A DNA stretch of 28,295 bases, taken from positions 1 to 28,295 of the forward strand of contig JBIKWF010000053.1 of the NCBI GenBank assembly GCA_044356455.1, in the 5' to 3' direction. Positions within the stretch are counted from its first letter, which is position 1. Every line of letters starts with the position of its first letter. Below, piece after piece: positions 8,450 through 17,673 of the stretch. The notes under the pieces are model-generated. The model saw only the letters and a list, made by a program, of their open reading frames with translations. It did no database searches and was not told where the DNA came from. This stretch comes from Bdellovibrionota bacterium (GTDB lineage: Bacteria; Bdellovibrionota_C; UBA2361; JBGSMV01). The translations under genes were made by a program, and so were the position numbers.

Positions 8450-11400
8450 CTATTGGCAGCTCTCGCAATTACCGTCTAAGTTGCACGCCTTCGGCATGGG
8501 AGCTGGCTCGCGTCGAGCTGGGGCAGCTTGGGCTGCTGGCTGAGCTTCCGTGCTGCTCTCCCCAGTTCTGTCTACTACAATCTCCGCCGAAGCTGATTTG
8601 TTCTTCATCCAACGCGGCTGAAGCCCACGGCGATTGGTATCCGTCGTCGATTTCTCAATCTGGGTGGCCCCAAGCGAACGGAGATAATAGGTAGTCTTTA
8701 GCCCCTTCTTCCACGCAAGCATGTACATGTCGTGGAGTTTCTTGCCAGAAGGCTGGGCAAGATAGAGGTTTAGTGACTGACCCATGTCAATCCACTTCTG
8801 GCGGCGGCTCCCGCACTCGATAATCCACTCCGGCTCAATTTCGAACGCCGTGAGATAGATCTTCTTCAGCTCTTCAGGAACCCGCTCAATCTCAGTAATC
8901 GAACCATCGAAGTACTTGAGATCGTCCAGCATGTCTGCGTCCCAAATCCCAAGCTTCTTAAGGTCATCGATCAGATACGTATTGTGCACCACGAACTCTC
9001 CGGAGAGGTTCGATTTTACGTAAAGGTGCTTGTACGCAGGCTCAATCGATTGTGCGACGCCTGTGATATTCGAGATGGTTGCCGTCGGAGCAATGGCCAT
9101 TGTGTTGCTGTTACGCATACCGAATTTCTTGAGAGACTCCCGCACGGGGGTCCAATCAAGAGTCGCGGTCGTATCGACATCAAGCATATCCGCGCCACGC
9201 TCTTCGGCAAGAATCTTAAGAGTGTCGATCGGGAGTAACCCGCGATCCCACTTCGATCCCTTGAAGCTTGCATACGCTCCACGCTCGTGGGCGAGTTGAG
9301 TTGAGCCAAGAATTGCGAAGTAGGAGATGAGCTCCATGCTCTCATCTGCAAACTTCACAGCCTCTGGACTCGCATAGCTAAAGCGCTGAATGTGCAAGGC
9401 GTCGTGGAAGCCCATGATACCAAGCCCAATCGGACGATGCTTCAAGTTCGCATTGCGAGCCTCAATGGTGGGATAGTAATTGATATCAATGACGTTATCG
9501 AGCATGCGCACTGCCGTTCGCACGGTCTTCTCGAGCAGCTTCTTATCAATGCCCTTCGCAGAAACGTGTTTCGCAAGGTTAATAGAACCAAGGTTACATA
9601 CCGCGGTCTCACCTTCGGACGTATTAAGAAGGATTTCCGTGCACAAGTTAGAGCTGTGAACAACACCCACATGATCCTGAGGCGAACGGAGGTTCGAGGG
9701 ATCCTTGAAGGTAATCCAGGGATGTCCTGTCTCAAACAACATGCTGAGCATTTTTCTCCAAAGCCCAAGAGCCTCGATACGCTTGAAGAGCTTTATCTCT
9801 CCTCGATCGGCCATCTGCTCGTACTGGGTGTAGCGCTCTTCAAACTTCTTGCCGTAGAGATCGTGCAGGTCTGGCACATCACTCGGACTAAAGAGCGTCC
9901 AAGAGCCGTTCTGGGCAACTCTCTTCATGAACAAATCAGGAATCCAGTTCGCGGTGTTCATGTCGTGAGTGCGGCGGCGCTCATCACCCGTGTTCTTTCG
10001 GAGCTCAAGGAAGTCCTCGATATCCAAGTGCCACGTCTCAAGGTAGGCACACATCGCGCCCTTGCGCTTGCCACCCTGATTCACCGCAACGGCGGTGTCG
10101 TTCGCTACCTTCAAGAACGGAATGACACCCTGACTGCGCCCGTTGGTCCCCTTAATACGGGCACCCGTAGCGCGCACATTTGTCCAATCGTTCCCGAGGC
10201 CACCAGCCCACTTCGAGAGCTGTGCATCGTCAGATACACACTTAAAGATGTGCTTCAAATCATCCATCACCGTGGTGAGGTAGCAAGAGCTTAGCTGGGG
10301 GTGCAGCGTGCCCGCATTAAAGAGCGTGGGTGTGCTCGAGGTGAAGAGAAGCTGCGAGAGCACTTGGTAGAACTCAATTGCTCTTGTGGTTCTCTCCGCT
10401 GGCTTCTCCGCGAGAGCAAGCCCCATAGCCACGCGCATCCAGAAGATTTGCGGGGTTTCAATGCGGCGATCTTCGCTGTGAATAAGGTAGCGATCGTAAA
10501 GAGTCTGGAGCCCCAGGTAGGTGAACTCAAAATCGCGGCTCAAATCCAAGGCATTCGCTATTGCCTCGAGGTCGAACTCAAGCAGCGCCTTATCGACACG
10601 CTCAACAGAAATTGCAAGCTTCAAATACTCCTTGAAGTAGGCACGATGAGCCTGCGAGAGGTTCGAATTATGCGCATCCATTCCGAACGTCTCGCGATAG
10701 ATCACATCAAGCAAGAGTCTTGCAGCTGCAAACGAGTACTCCGGCTCTTTCTCAATCTTTGCACGCGCAGCAAGCACATTGCATTGATCAACTTCATGAT
10801 GACGAATCCCCTCGTAGAAATTCTTGAGAGACTCCTCAACTATGTCCTCAACGGAAACTTCGTTCAGCCCTTTGCAAGCAAACGCGATGCGTTGGCGAAT
10901 CTCGCGTTCATTTATTACACCGGGAGAGCCATCAGCCGTGGTGATATTAAAGGAGCGCCCAGGGGCAACTGTCTCAATGGAGATTTGCCTCCTTGAAATC
11001 TCGGTAGATCCCCCAGCTTTCGCCTCTAGCTGCTCAGTACCTTCGCCTTCAGTGCGCGCCCCATCCGCTCGTGCGCTCGCTCGGCTCGCTCGGTAAATGA
11101 TGAAATCCTTCGCGACCTGAAAGAAGCCTTCCGCCATAAGTTGGCGCTCAACTTCATCTTGAATGAACTCGATATGGAGCTCAGACCCTGCTCGCGAATG
11201 CTGCACGCAGCGGTCCACCACCTTATTGGTGAGAAGATTAACCGCATCCACCACCGTCTGAGGAGTTTGCCCCTCAATCTGTAGCGATGCGCGGAACGCG
11301 CGCTCAATAGCCGAGGCAATCTTCATTGGGTTAAAGCGAACCAGCGACTTCCCGTCCCGGCGCATCACCCTCATGTTGCGAGGAGAATCGTCGCGAAGCT

Positions 11401-11866
11401 GCTTACGCTCATCTCTATAAACGATGTACGTGCGAGCGACCTCATAGTTCCCGCTCTGCATGAGCTTTACTTCAACAACGTCTTGAATGCCCTCAACGGT
11501 TAGGCTTACCCCAGAGCGGGCCTGGGTCTCGCACTCTTTGGAGACTTCTGCCGCAATCGATTGAACGGCGCTGTAAATGTCTTGGGGAAGAGGGGAAGTT
11601 GCTGGGATCTTTTTCTCGTCACGAAAGGCCGCTTCAATCGCAGAAAATATTCGGTCACGGCGAAATGGCACAAGCATACCATTTCTCTTGACCACGGTGA
11701 GGGTCATCGGACGGGAGGAAGAACCAACATCGATCACGCGCTCCTCTTTGCCGGAAGCGCCTCTGCCCGAGGGAATCTTCCCCCCACTGGCCTTTGACGC
11801 TGTATCTCGAAGAGCAGTTGCTGCTGTTTCACCCTCATTTCTTGCTGAATCACCGCTTAGCGACAT
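8450..11866 (-). CDS. nrdA: Ribonucleotide reductase alpha subunit with tandem N-terminal ATP-cones
   Basis: [35 protein letters not shown]-terminal CESCQ; cones begin VVKRNG, VMRRDG and a degenerate ITTADG. Confidence 0.97.
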   Translation of the reverse strand: MSLSGDSARNEGETAATALRDTASKASGGKIPSGRGASGKEERVIDVGSSSRPMTLTVVKRNGMLVPFRRDRIFSAIEAAFRDEKKIPATSPLPQDIYSAVQSIAAEVSKECETQARSGVSLTVEGIQDVVEVKLMQSGNYEVARTYIVYRDERKQLRDDSPRNMRVMRRDGKSLVRFNPMKIASAIERAFRASLQIEGQTPQTVVDAVNLLTNKVVDRCVQHSRAGSELHIEFIQDEVERQLMAEGFFQVAKDFIIYRASRASARADGARTEGEGTEQLEAKAGGSTEISRRQISIETVAPGRSFNITTADGSPGVINEREIRQRIAFACKGLNEVSVEDIVEESLKNFYEGIRHHEVDQCNVLAARAKIEKEPEYSFAAARLLLDVIYRETFGMDAHNSNLSQAHRAYFKEYLKLAISVERVDKALLEFDLEAIANALDLSRDFEFTYLGLQTLYDRYLIHSEDRRIETPQIFWMRVAMGLALAEKPAERTTRAIEFYQVLSQLLFTSSTPTLFNAGTLHPQLSSCYLTTVMDDLKHIFKCVSDDAQLSKWAGGLGNDWTNVRATGARIKGTNGRSQGVIPFLKVANDTAVAVNQGGKRKGAMCAYLETWHLDIEDFLELRKNTGDERRRTHDMNTANWIPDLFMKRVAQNGSWTLFSPSDVPDLHDLYGKKFEERYTQYEQMADRGEIKLFKRIEALGLWRKMLSMLFETGHPWITFKDPSNLRSPQDHVGVVHSSNLCTEILLNTSEGETAVCNLGSINLAKHVSAKGIDKKLLEKTVRTAVRMLDNVIDINYYPTIEARNANLKHRPIGLGIMGFHDALHIQRFSYASPEAVKFADESMELISYFAILGSTQLAHERGAYASFKGSKWDRGLLPIDTLKILAEERGADMLDVDTTATLDWTPVRESLKKFGMRNSNTMAIAPTATISNITGVAQSIEPAYKHLYVKSNLSGEFVVHNTYLIDDLKKLGIWDADMLDDLKYFDGSITEIERVPEELKKIYLTAFEIEPEWIIECGSRRQKWIDMGQSLNLYLAQPSGKKLHDMYMLAWKKGLKTTYYLRSLGATQIEKSTTDTNRRGLQPRWMKNKSASAEIVVDRTGESSTEAQPAAQAAPARREPAPMPKACNLDGNCESCQ

Positions 11867-12126
11867 ACGATTTCACCCATCCCAAACGCTACAAAAGATC
11901 TCTCAACGACGAATGGAAAGCGCGCCCTATTTCAACCGGCCTAAAGGAACTCGACCAAGAAGCAAAGGCGAATACAGCCATTATTTCAACAAGTTACGCC
12001 GAACGTCGTCACTAATAAGGTGTGTCAATCAAGACTCCCCGCTCGCAACAAGAGAAAAAAAACCAATATTTTCAAACTATTAAAAACTTAGCTTGCTCGG
12101 CGCTACTGGCTAACGAACGCTGAAAA

Positions 12127-12174
12127 CCACTACATATTGTGTTGATGCGCGTCTTCCAACACAAGATGTATGAG
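12127..12174. promoter_or_regulatory. Tandem NrdR boxes
   Basis: CCACTACATATTGTGT (12127-12142) and ACACAAGATGTATGAG (12159-12174), 32 bp apart start to start, upstream of nrdA; they match the acaCwAtATaTwGtg-type consensus. Confidence 0.8.
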
Positions 12175-12308
12175 ATGAGGCCATCCGTGTAAATGGGGAA
12201 AGCCAAGGTTGTACACGATAAAATTACCCCTCAAATAGTAACTCATTAGATCTACATAGAGTCGCATTTTGGAATGTCGTTCTGGAGTCGTCGTTTGCGC
12301 ACTCGGAG

Positions 12309-12340
12309 TTTTCAACAATTGACCACAGGCATGTGGAGAA
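12309..12340. promoter_or_regulatory. Cluster of DnaA-box-like 9-mers upstream of nrdA
   Basis: TTTTCAACA, TTGACCACA and inverted TGTGGAGAA, each 1-2 mismatches from TTATCCACA; DnaA control of nrdAB is known in E. coli. Confidence 0.35.
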
Positions 12341-12462
12341 GGCCTTTAAGTAATCGCAATCATTATTCTTGCGAATTTCCTAACCAATTCCTAACAATTC
12401 AAGAGGTAAGGGGCTGCAGACAATAAGGAGTTCATCCGATACTCCACACTGGAGCTTGCCGC

Positions 12463-13533
12463 ATGAATTCAGATTTGGCGAAGGACCGCCTCGTTACTCA
12501 CGCACTCACCAATTACTTGGCGGCCGCGTACCATGGCAAATTTGCTGCGCTCAATATCCTCGCGCAGCTCGACCACCCCGCCTTCACCGAGGCGGAGCTG
12601 ATGGCAACTCAACAAACACTCGGCAAAGTCTTCAACTGGAATAGCCAACTTTTCAAAGATGAGTGTCTCTTCTCTGCTTCTTGGACAACGCCTGAAACGT
12701 TTGAGGCTCAAAATGCGGTATCGCTCCTTGAGCAGCTGAAACCCGAGCTCTATAAAATCTCGGCTGAGTCAGGGCGAATCCTCGCGCTTGATACCCTACC
12801 CCAAAAGGACGAACTCGCGATTTTGATTGCGTTCCACGCTCGTCACGCCTATTCGCGCGATGCCTATGTCCGTGGCTTCATGGAATATGGGGAGAAATTT
12901 TCCCGGCCTGAGATGGTGAAGCGCTACGAGCCTTTTATTCCAGAGAGCGAGTTTGAACTTCGCCGAAACAATGAACTAATACTGCTACTCAAGAATGCGA
13001 AGGGCGACATTTCCCTTCTGCCCAAAGAATATTTCGCATTGCTCTTTCAGACCGCGGTACCGCTTCCTTCATATTTTCGAAGCCACGTCCACGATATCAA
13101 TCAGCTCCTGTGCCCCTACAAGGGAGGTCTCTCGTGGACAACGGCCGAGTTTTCCAAGGCAGAAGCGGAGATGTGGAACACGGCTGGGCTTGGTCCTTCT
13201 GCAGCTGGCTATTTTAGAGCCTTTGGTATGGGCCCTGATGAAGCGGGCAAATGGCGAGAGGGCGGAGTTTCCGATGCAATGACCGCAATCGAGTGGAAAA
13301 AAGGCGGCTTCACTCCCGAAACTGCAAAGCCTTGGCTCGATGAGGGAATCCCACCTCCGCTTGCCTTCATGTGGTCACAGAATCAATTCTCCCCCACTGA
13401 AGCGAAAGAGTTCATCAGCAAGGGGACGTTTCAGCCCCCACCTCGCGACACTGTACCGCGCAAGCGCGAAAAGCCCGAGGCTCCCCCCGCAATTCCGCCG
13501 CCGAAAAAGATGTCCTTCCCTAAGAAGATTTAA
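12463..13533 (+). CDS. Hypothetical protein with C-terminal Trp-containing ~13-aa repeats and a Pro/Lys-rich tail
   Basis: Repeats FSKAEAEMWNTAG, LGPSAAGYFRAFG, MGPDEAGKWREGG, FTPETAKPWLDEG, IPPPLAFMWSQNQ, FSPTEAKEFISKG; GGAG upstream. Confidence 0.75.
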   Translation: MNSDLAKDRLVTHALTNYLAAAYHGKFAALNILAQLDHPAFTEAELMATQQTLGKVFNWNSQLFKDECLFSASWTTPETFEAQNAVSLLEQLKPELYKISAESGRILALDTLPQKDELAILIAFHARHAYSRDAYVRGFMEYGEKFSRPEMVKRYEPFIPESEFELRRNNELILLLKNAKGDISLLPKEYFALLFQTAVPLPSYFRSHVHDINQLLCPYKGGLSWTTAEFSKAEAEMWNTAGLGPSAAGYFRAFGMGPDEAGKWREGGVSDAMTAIEWKKGGFTPETAKPWLDEGIPPPLAFMWSQNQFSPTEAKEFISKGTFQPPPRDTVPRKREKPEAPPAIPPPKKMSFPKKI

Positions 13534-13536
13534 GCC

Positions 13537-13941
13537 CTACCTTTTGGGCGCGCAAAACTCGGTAAGAACCCCAAGCGTGGACTTGGGGTGCAAGAACGCA
13601 ATGCTCTTATTTCCTGCTCCATCAACGGGAGTCTCGTTTATAAGAGCACAGCCGGCACTCTTAGCCTGCGCGAGCTGGTCCGGGAGGTCGTCCGTGGCAA
13701 AGGCGACATGATGAATTCCTGGTCCATTCTTGTCCAAGAATTTCTGCACTGTGCTATCGGGGGACGTGGGCTCAAGAAGTTCAAGGTGCATCTCCCCAAT
13801 TTTGAGGAAAGCGGTCTTCACCTTTTGGGAAGGCACTTCTTCGATGCGCTCGCAGGAAAGTCCTAGCGCCTTTTCATAAAAAGGAAGCGCCTCAGCAATC
13901 GAGCGCACGGCAATCGCAATATGATCAACTTTCTTTAGCAT
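13537..13941 (-). CDS. mce: Methylmalonyl-CoA epimerase (VOC family)
   Basis: VDHIAIAV, LELLEP, GPGIHHVAF, AFLHPKSTLGVLTEFC; start moved to ATG 13941 (RBS GAAGGA) from the track's 13959. Confidence 0.93.
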   Translation of the reverse strand: MLKKVDHIAIAVRSIAEALPFYEKALGLSCERIEEVPSQKVKTAFLKIGEMHLELLEPTSPDSTVQKFLDKNGPGIHHVAFATDDLPDQLAQAKSAGCALINETPVDGAGNKSIAFLHPKSTLGVLTEFCAPKR

Positions 13942-14014
13942 CGAATATCCTTCGCACAAAAGATGCAGCCATTCCCCTATGGCGCCCGATAGAAATGGTC
14001 CAAGTTACGACCAG

Positions 14015-14243
14015 GGAGCCTCTGAAAAACTCCCCCTCCGCGTCCTCCGTGTCCTCCGCGTTACTTGAAAACTATTGAATAACGCAGAGCCGTCTACGCC
14101 TTACGGCTGCGCCGAGCCAGGCTTCAGTGCGGCCGCGGCGCAGCTTTGGCGGAGCCGGGGACGCCGGGGACGCCGGGGACGCCGGGGACGCCGGGGAAAA
14201 ACAGGACAGAAGAAGTTAAATTTCTAGGTTTTTCAGAGGTTCT
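14015..14243. mobile_element. MITE copy E, expanded by an internal insert and a tandem repeat
   Basis: GGAGCCTCTGAAAAA ... TTTTTCAGAGGTTCT; flanks CCAG/CTCG; left arm CCTCCGCGT CCTCCGTGT CCTCCGCGT. Confidence 0.75.
14154..14197. repeat. 9-bp tandem repeat (GCCGGGGAC), four full units plus one partial
   Basis: Read directly; lies in the right arm of MITE E. Confidence 0.95.
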
Positions 14244-14368
14244 CTCGAGACCCCAAGGGCTTCGTCATACTACTGAACGAAGGAACCTTACCGGTACATT
14301 ACTAACACTACCTCTTTCCGTTCGCCACGAGGAAGCGAGGATTTACATTGTCTGTCTCGCTTAGAAAA

Positions 14369-14384
14369 ATCACATATATATGAT
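14369..14384. promoter_or_regulatory. AT-rich palindrome, candidate autoregulatory operator
   Basis: ATCACATATATATGAT containing the perfect palindrome CATATATATG, just upstream of the RHH-like gene. Confidence 0.4.
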
Positions 14385-14401
14385 ACTAAAGGTTTAGATA
14401 C

Positions 14402-14617
14402 ATGAGCAAAACGAATCTTAAGAAGATCTCCGCCCTTATCCCCAAGGACCTACTGAGCCGGGCGATGGAAGCGGCGGAGCTCAATCAGACTGATACTCTC
14501 ATCTGCGCCCTCAAGGAGTTTCTTGCGAAACAAGAACGACTTAAATCATTGCGTTCTCTAAAAAAATTCCACTTCAACTATGACGTTAACAAAGTTCGTG
14601 AACGTAAGAATTTGTAG
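14402..14617 (+). CDS. Ribbon-helix-helix antitoxin-like protein (VapB-type), no toxin adjacent
   Basis: 71 aa; beta strand KKISALIP, then helices KDLLSRAMEA and TDTLICALKEF, tail DVNKVRERK. Confidence 0.65.
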   Translation: MSKTNLKKISALIPKDLLSRAMEAAELNQTDTLICALKEFLAKQERLKSLRSLKKFHFNYDVNKVRERKNL

Positions 14618-14675
14618 ATGAAAATTTCACCACAAAGGACGCGAAGGACACAAAGGCAGGTCTTTCAGATTTTTC
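14617..14675. mobile_element. Right half of a MITE (copy F)
   Basis: GATGAAAATTTCACCACAAAGGACGCGAAGGACACAAAGGCAGGTCTTTCAGATTTTTC aligns with the right half of copy A (GATGAAAATTTTATCACAGAGGACGCAGAGGCACACAGAGGTAAGCTCTTCAGAGATTCT). Confidence 0.65.
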
Positions 14676-14706
14676 CCAGCGAATCTTAATCCTTTTCCGG
14701 GCTGCT

Positions 14707-15750
14707 CTAAAAGCGATAGGTCAGCGCTGCTTTGATGCGATAAGAAGCCACGGCTTGAAGGCCTGTGTTGTTAATATCCAAAGGAAACTCGCCGCCTAGC
14801 TCAGCACTAAGCGAGTCGCCAAAAGTGGCCCCGATCGAGGGCCCCCAAAAGAGCGATCTAATGCCGGTGTCGTCTTGCCGAACGCCCGAGGCCTCGTCTT
14901 TCCCTTTGTACTCACCGGAAAGTGAAACCTTTCCGTAGAGCGTGGTCGTATGCGATGAGAGGAAATAATAACCGACTCCCGACCTCCACATAAAATCGTT
15001 GTCGTAGCGGTAACCAAAATCGCCGCCTGTGCGGAAGGTGTAAGAGAAATCCGCGTCTGCGAGCCATTTATCGGCAACTACTAAAACACTTCCACCAAAA
15101 GGAAAGTCATACGAACCAGAGCCAAGCGCTAAGTCGTGCCCGTGAATGGCGCTTGCCACGCCATGCTCCTCATCCCCATGCCTGAACTCGGAATGATGAT
15201 CGCTCACCATCTCCTCATCGTGCCCTACTTCCTCATGTCCCGCATCCTCATGATGAGACTCGGAAAGCTCTTCAGCTAAGCGGTCGGAATCCCCGGTGGG
15301 TAGCTTTATTCCGGCAAAAAGGTGCCAGACCACATTTACTTCACCACTTCGATAGTTATAGGGAGAAATTTTCCCCAAGACCGTAAGATCTCCCACGCCG
15401 CTCTCGCTGCCCCTCTCGCGCGCTCCGCCCTCGAATCGGCGAAAAGAGCGGTTGATATAAGGCAGCACTACCTGAACACCAAACTTCTCATTGAAGTCAT
15501 ATTCAGCAACAAATTGGGTAATTGAACTCTCCATGCGTTGGTGATCGTCATTCGGGGCATACGCACCGGTGTCTTGGATCTTATCAAAGACCGTAAACTG
15601 CTCGGCGATGGAAAGCTTAAGCGAGTTGGGTTCTGCAGCCTGCACATCAACTGAAGAGTAGATGGCACAAAGGTCACACGCCGATGCGGAATTCGTGGCA
15701 CCGAAGACAATAGAAAGCGCAGCAGCCCAATAGCACAGCCCAGTTTTCAT
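14707..15750 (-). CDS. Outer-membrane beta-barrel transporter-like protein with mature N-terminal CxxC and a His-rich loop
   Basis: Signal peptide ending ASA, then CDLC; SGVGDLTV, GIKLPTGDS, LALGSGSYD motifs; loop SHHEDAGHEEVGHDEEMVSDHHSEFRHGDEEHG...IHGHD; ends LTYRF. Confidence 0.75.
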   Translation of the reverse strand: MKTGLCYWAAALSIVFGATNSASACDLCAIYSSVDVQAAEPNSLKLSIAEQFTVFDKIQDTGAYAPNDDHQRMESSITQFVAEYDFNEKFGVQVVLPYINRSFRRFEGGARERGSESGVGDLTVLGKISPYNYRSGEVNVVWHLFAGIKLPTGDSDRLAEELSESHHEDAGHEEVGHDEEMVSDHHSEFRHGDEEHGVASAIHGHDLALGSGSYDFPFGGSVLVVADKWLADADFSYTFRTGGDFGYRYDNDFMWRSGVGYYFLSSHTTTLYGKVSLSGEYKGKDEASGVRQDDTGIRSLFWGPSIGATFGDSLSAELGGEFPLDINNTGLQAVASYRIKAALTYRF

Positions 15751-15817
15751 GCAATAACTCCCTCACTTCTGTACATTCCGAGATAAGTAAGGTGCCTAGA
15801 ACGGGGGTAAGAATCAA

Positions 15818-15834
15818 CGCAACGAAATGTTGCG
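15818..15834. promoter_or_regulatory. RegA/PrrA-box-like inverted repeat
   Basis: CGCAAC-GAAAT-GTTGCG, 68 bp upstream of the His-rich porin start and just downstream of regA; resembles GC-rich half sites with an AT spacer bound by RegA-family regulators. Confidence 0.55.
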
Positions 15835-15880
15835 GGGTGCTCAGCGGAACCTAGGAGCCCGCCACGCAGGTCAACAAATC

Positions 15881-16408
15881 TCAAAGGGGCGGCTGGCGCA
15901 GTTTTCGCTGCAGGGCTTGACGATGAATCCCAAGCCTTTTCGCCGCATGGGTAATATTTCCGTCGCATTCCCGCAGCACTCTTTGAATGTGCTCCCATGC
16001 GGCGCGATCAAGACCCATGGCCTCATCAGTTTCGCCAGAGGCCACGCAGCTCAGCGGCTCGCCAAACAGTGCGCTGAGCAACGCATCCATTGCGATGGGT
16101 TTGGCCAAATAGTTGGCGGCGCCACTACGCACCGCTTCCAAGGCCGTTGCGACGCTCCCATAGCCTGTGAGTATCACACTTTTAGTTCCGTATTTGCTGG
16201 AGAGATCCGGGAGCAGAGAAATCCCGGTCTGAGCCCCGAGACGAAGATCTAACACGGCGTGAGTGGGCTTAAACTTCGCGGCAAGGTCGATAGCCGCACG
16301 GGGAGAGTCCGCAACACACACGGCATACCCACGGCGGAGAAAAGCCTCCTCGAGGCGCCCCCTGAACGGGGCATCATCATCAACGACCAGAATGCGGCTC
16401 TCTTCCAC
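15881..16408 (-). CDS. regA: RegA/PrrA-family response regulator
   Basis: ILVVDDD, AVLDLRL, ILTGYGSVATA, YLAKP, WEHIQRVL..CDGNITHAAKRLGIHRQALQRKL. Confidence 0.9.
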   Translation of the reverse strand: MEESRILVVDDDAPFRGRLEEAFLRRGYAVCVADSPRAAIDLAAKFKPTHAVLDLRLGAQTGISLLPDLSSKYGTKSVILTGYGSVATALEAVRSGAANYLAKPIAMDALLSALFGEPLSCVASGETDEAMGLDRAAWEHIQRVLRECDGNITHAAKRLGIHRQALQRKLRQPPL

Positions 16409-17670
16409 TACTGCACCACCGGTAAAGATAGAAACGCGGTGGTGCCTTGGCCCTCCACCGAGGAAAAGGTGAGGCTTCCCTTCATACGATCGGCAAAAGC
16501 ACGCGCTAAAAAAACACCAAGCCCAAGTCCGGCTCCTACTTTCTTTGTCGTAAAAAACGGCTCTCCTAATTTTGCAAGGTGCGAAGGCGGAATCCCCGGC
16601 CCCTCATCTCGAATGCTAAGCCACTGCTGAGGGCCCTTTCGAGCACACGAGACGACCACGGCTCCATGCGGCGAAGCTTCCAGTGCATTTCTTACAAGCG
16701 CAAAGACTGCCTCAATCAGGGGACGGCGCGGCACACAAAGAGAAAGATCCTCACTCTCTCGAGCGAGCGACAGACGACTTCTCTGCTCACTCGGAAGGCG
16801 TGAACTGAGTTCCTCAATAAGGTCTTGGGCGGGAAGCTCTTGTGGCACCTCGCCCTCAACATCCCCGGCGCTAAGACGGAGCCGCTCAAGAATTCCGGTA
16901 CACCGCGTAACTTCCTGCGTAATAAGCTCGGCATCGCGGCGAACGGAAGCACTCGCATCAAGTCCCGCAACTATCTCGCCTGCCGCGATCCCAATGGTTG
17001 CAAGAGGAGTATTAAGTTCATGCGCTGCATTTGCGGCAAGAGTCGTGACTAAAGACAGTTTTTCATATTTCACTAGTGAGAGCTCAGAACTCCGAAGAGC
17101 TTCCTCGCGCAGCTTAAGAGACTTAAGTAAGCGCGTAAAAAATGAGGCAATTACCCCTGCGACAAGAGCAAAGGCAATCCACATGCCCTGAAGATGCAGC
17201 GAAAATGCATTCTGGCCCATGTCATGATGACTCGCATGCCCGGGCTCCAAAGACATAGGGGTGGCGTGATGACTAAGTTCTGGAATGTCAGCCTTGAAGA
17301 AAAACAGTACGCCATAGAGAGCTGTCGATGCGAGCGCGACGCCCCAGGTCCAGCGCTCACCGAGGAGCACCGCGGCAATCGCCACGTGCACAATATACAG
17401 GAGACTAAAGGGATTATGGGCGCCCCCGGTAAGCGCCAGCAGGAGCGTTAGCGCGATAACGTCGCTAAGCACCACTACCCCAACAAGCTTTCGGGAAACG
17501 CCTGAGCGATAGCGCCAAAGCACCGCATTGGAAACGGCAACCACCGCGATTACCAGTAACAGGGTAGGCAAAGGCAGCGCGGAGGCAAGCAATCCCTCCG
17601 CTACAAGAATCAGGGCCAGTTGGCCGAGAACGGCGAGCCATCTAAGCCGTATGAGCCACTCTATTTCCAC
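16408..17670 (-). CDS. regB: RegB/PrrB-family sensor histidine kinase
   Basis: LIRLRWLAVLGQ, GGAHNPF (GGxxNPF quinone motif), AAHELNTPL H-box, conserved Cys in EVTRC, DEGPG, EPFFTTK, GLGLG. Confidence 0.9.
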   Translation of the reverse strand: MEIEWLIRLRWLAVLGQLALILVAEGLLASALPLPTLLLVIAVVAVSNAVLWRYRSGVSRKLVGVVVLSDVIALTLLLALTGGAHNPFSLLYIVHVAIAAVLLGERWTWGVALASTALYGVLFFFKADIPELSHHATPMSLEPGHASHHDMGQNAFSLHLQGMWIAFALVAGVIASFFTRLLKSLKLREEALRSSELSLVKYEKLSLVTTLAANAAHELNTPLATIGIAAGEIVAGLDASASVRRDAELITQEVTRCTGILERLRLSAGDVEGEVPQELPAQDLIEELSSRLPSEQRSRLSLARESEDLSLCVPRRPLIEAVFALVRNALEASPHGAVVVSCARKGPQQWLSIRDEGPGIPPSHLAKLGEPFFTTKKVGAGLGLGVFLARAFADRMKGSLTFSSVEGQGTTAFLSLPVVQ

Positions 17671-17673
17671 ACC

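Noticed and set aside
9392..10996. Long plus-strand ORFs (300 and 231 aa)
   Set aside because: Antisense shadows of nrdA with no motifs; the same applies to the shadow ORFs over nrdB, the mutase genes and regBA.
14146..14364. ORF with PGT repeats
   Set aside because: Product of the 9-bp tandem repeat inside MITE E; TTG start without RBS.
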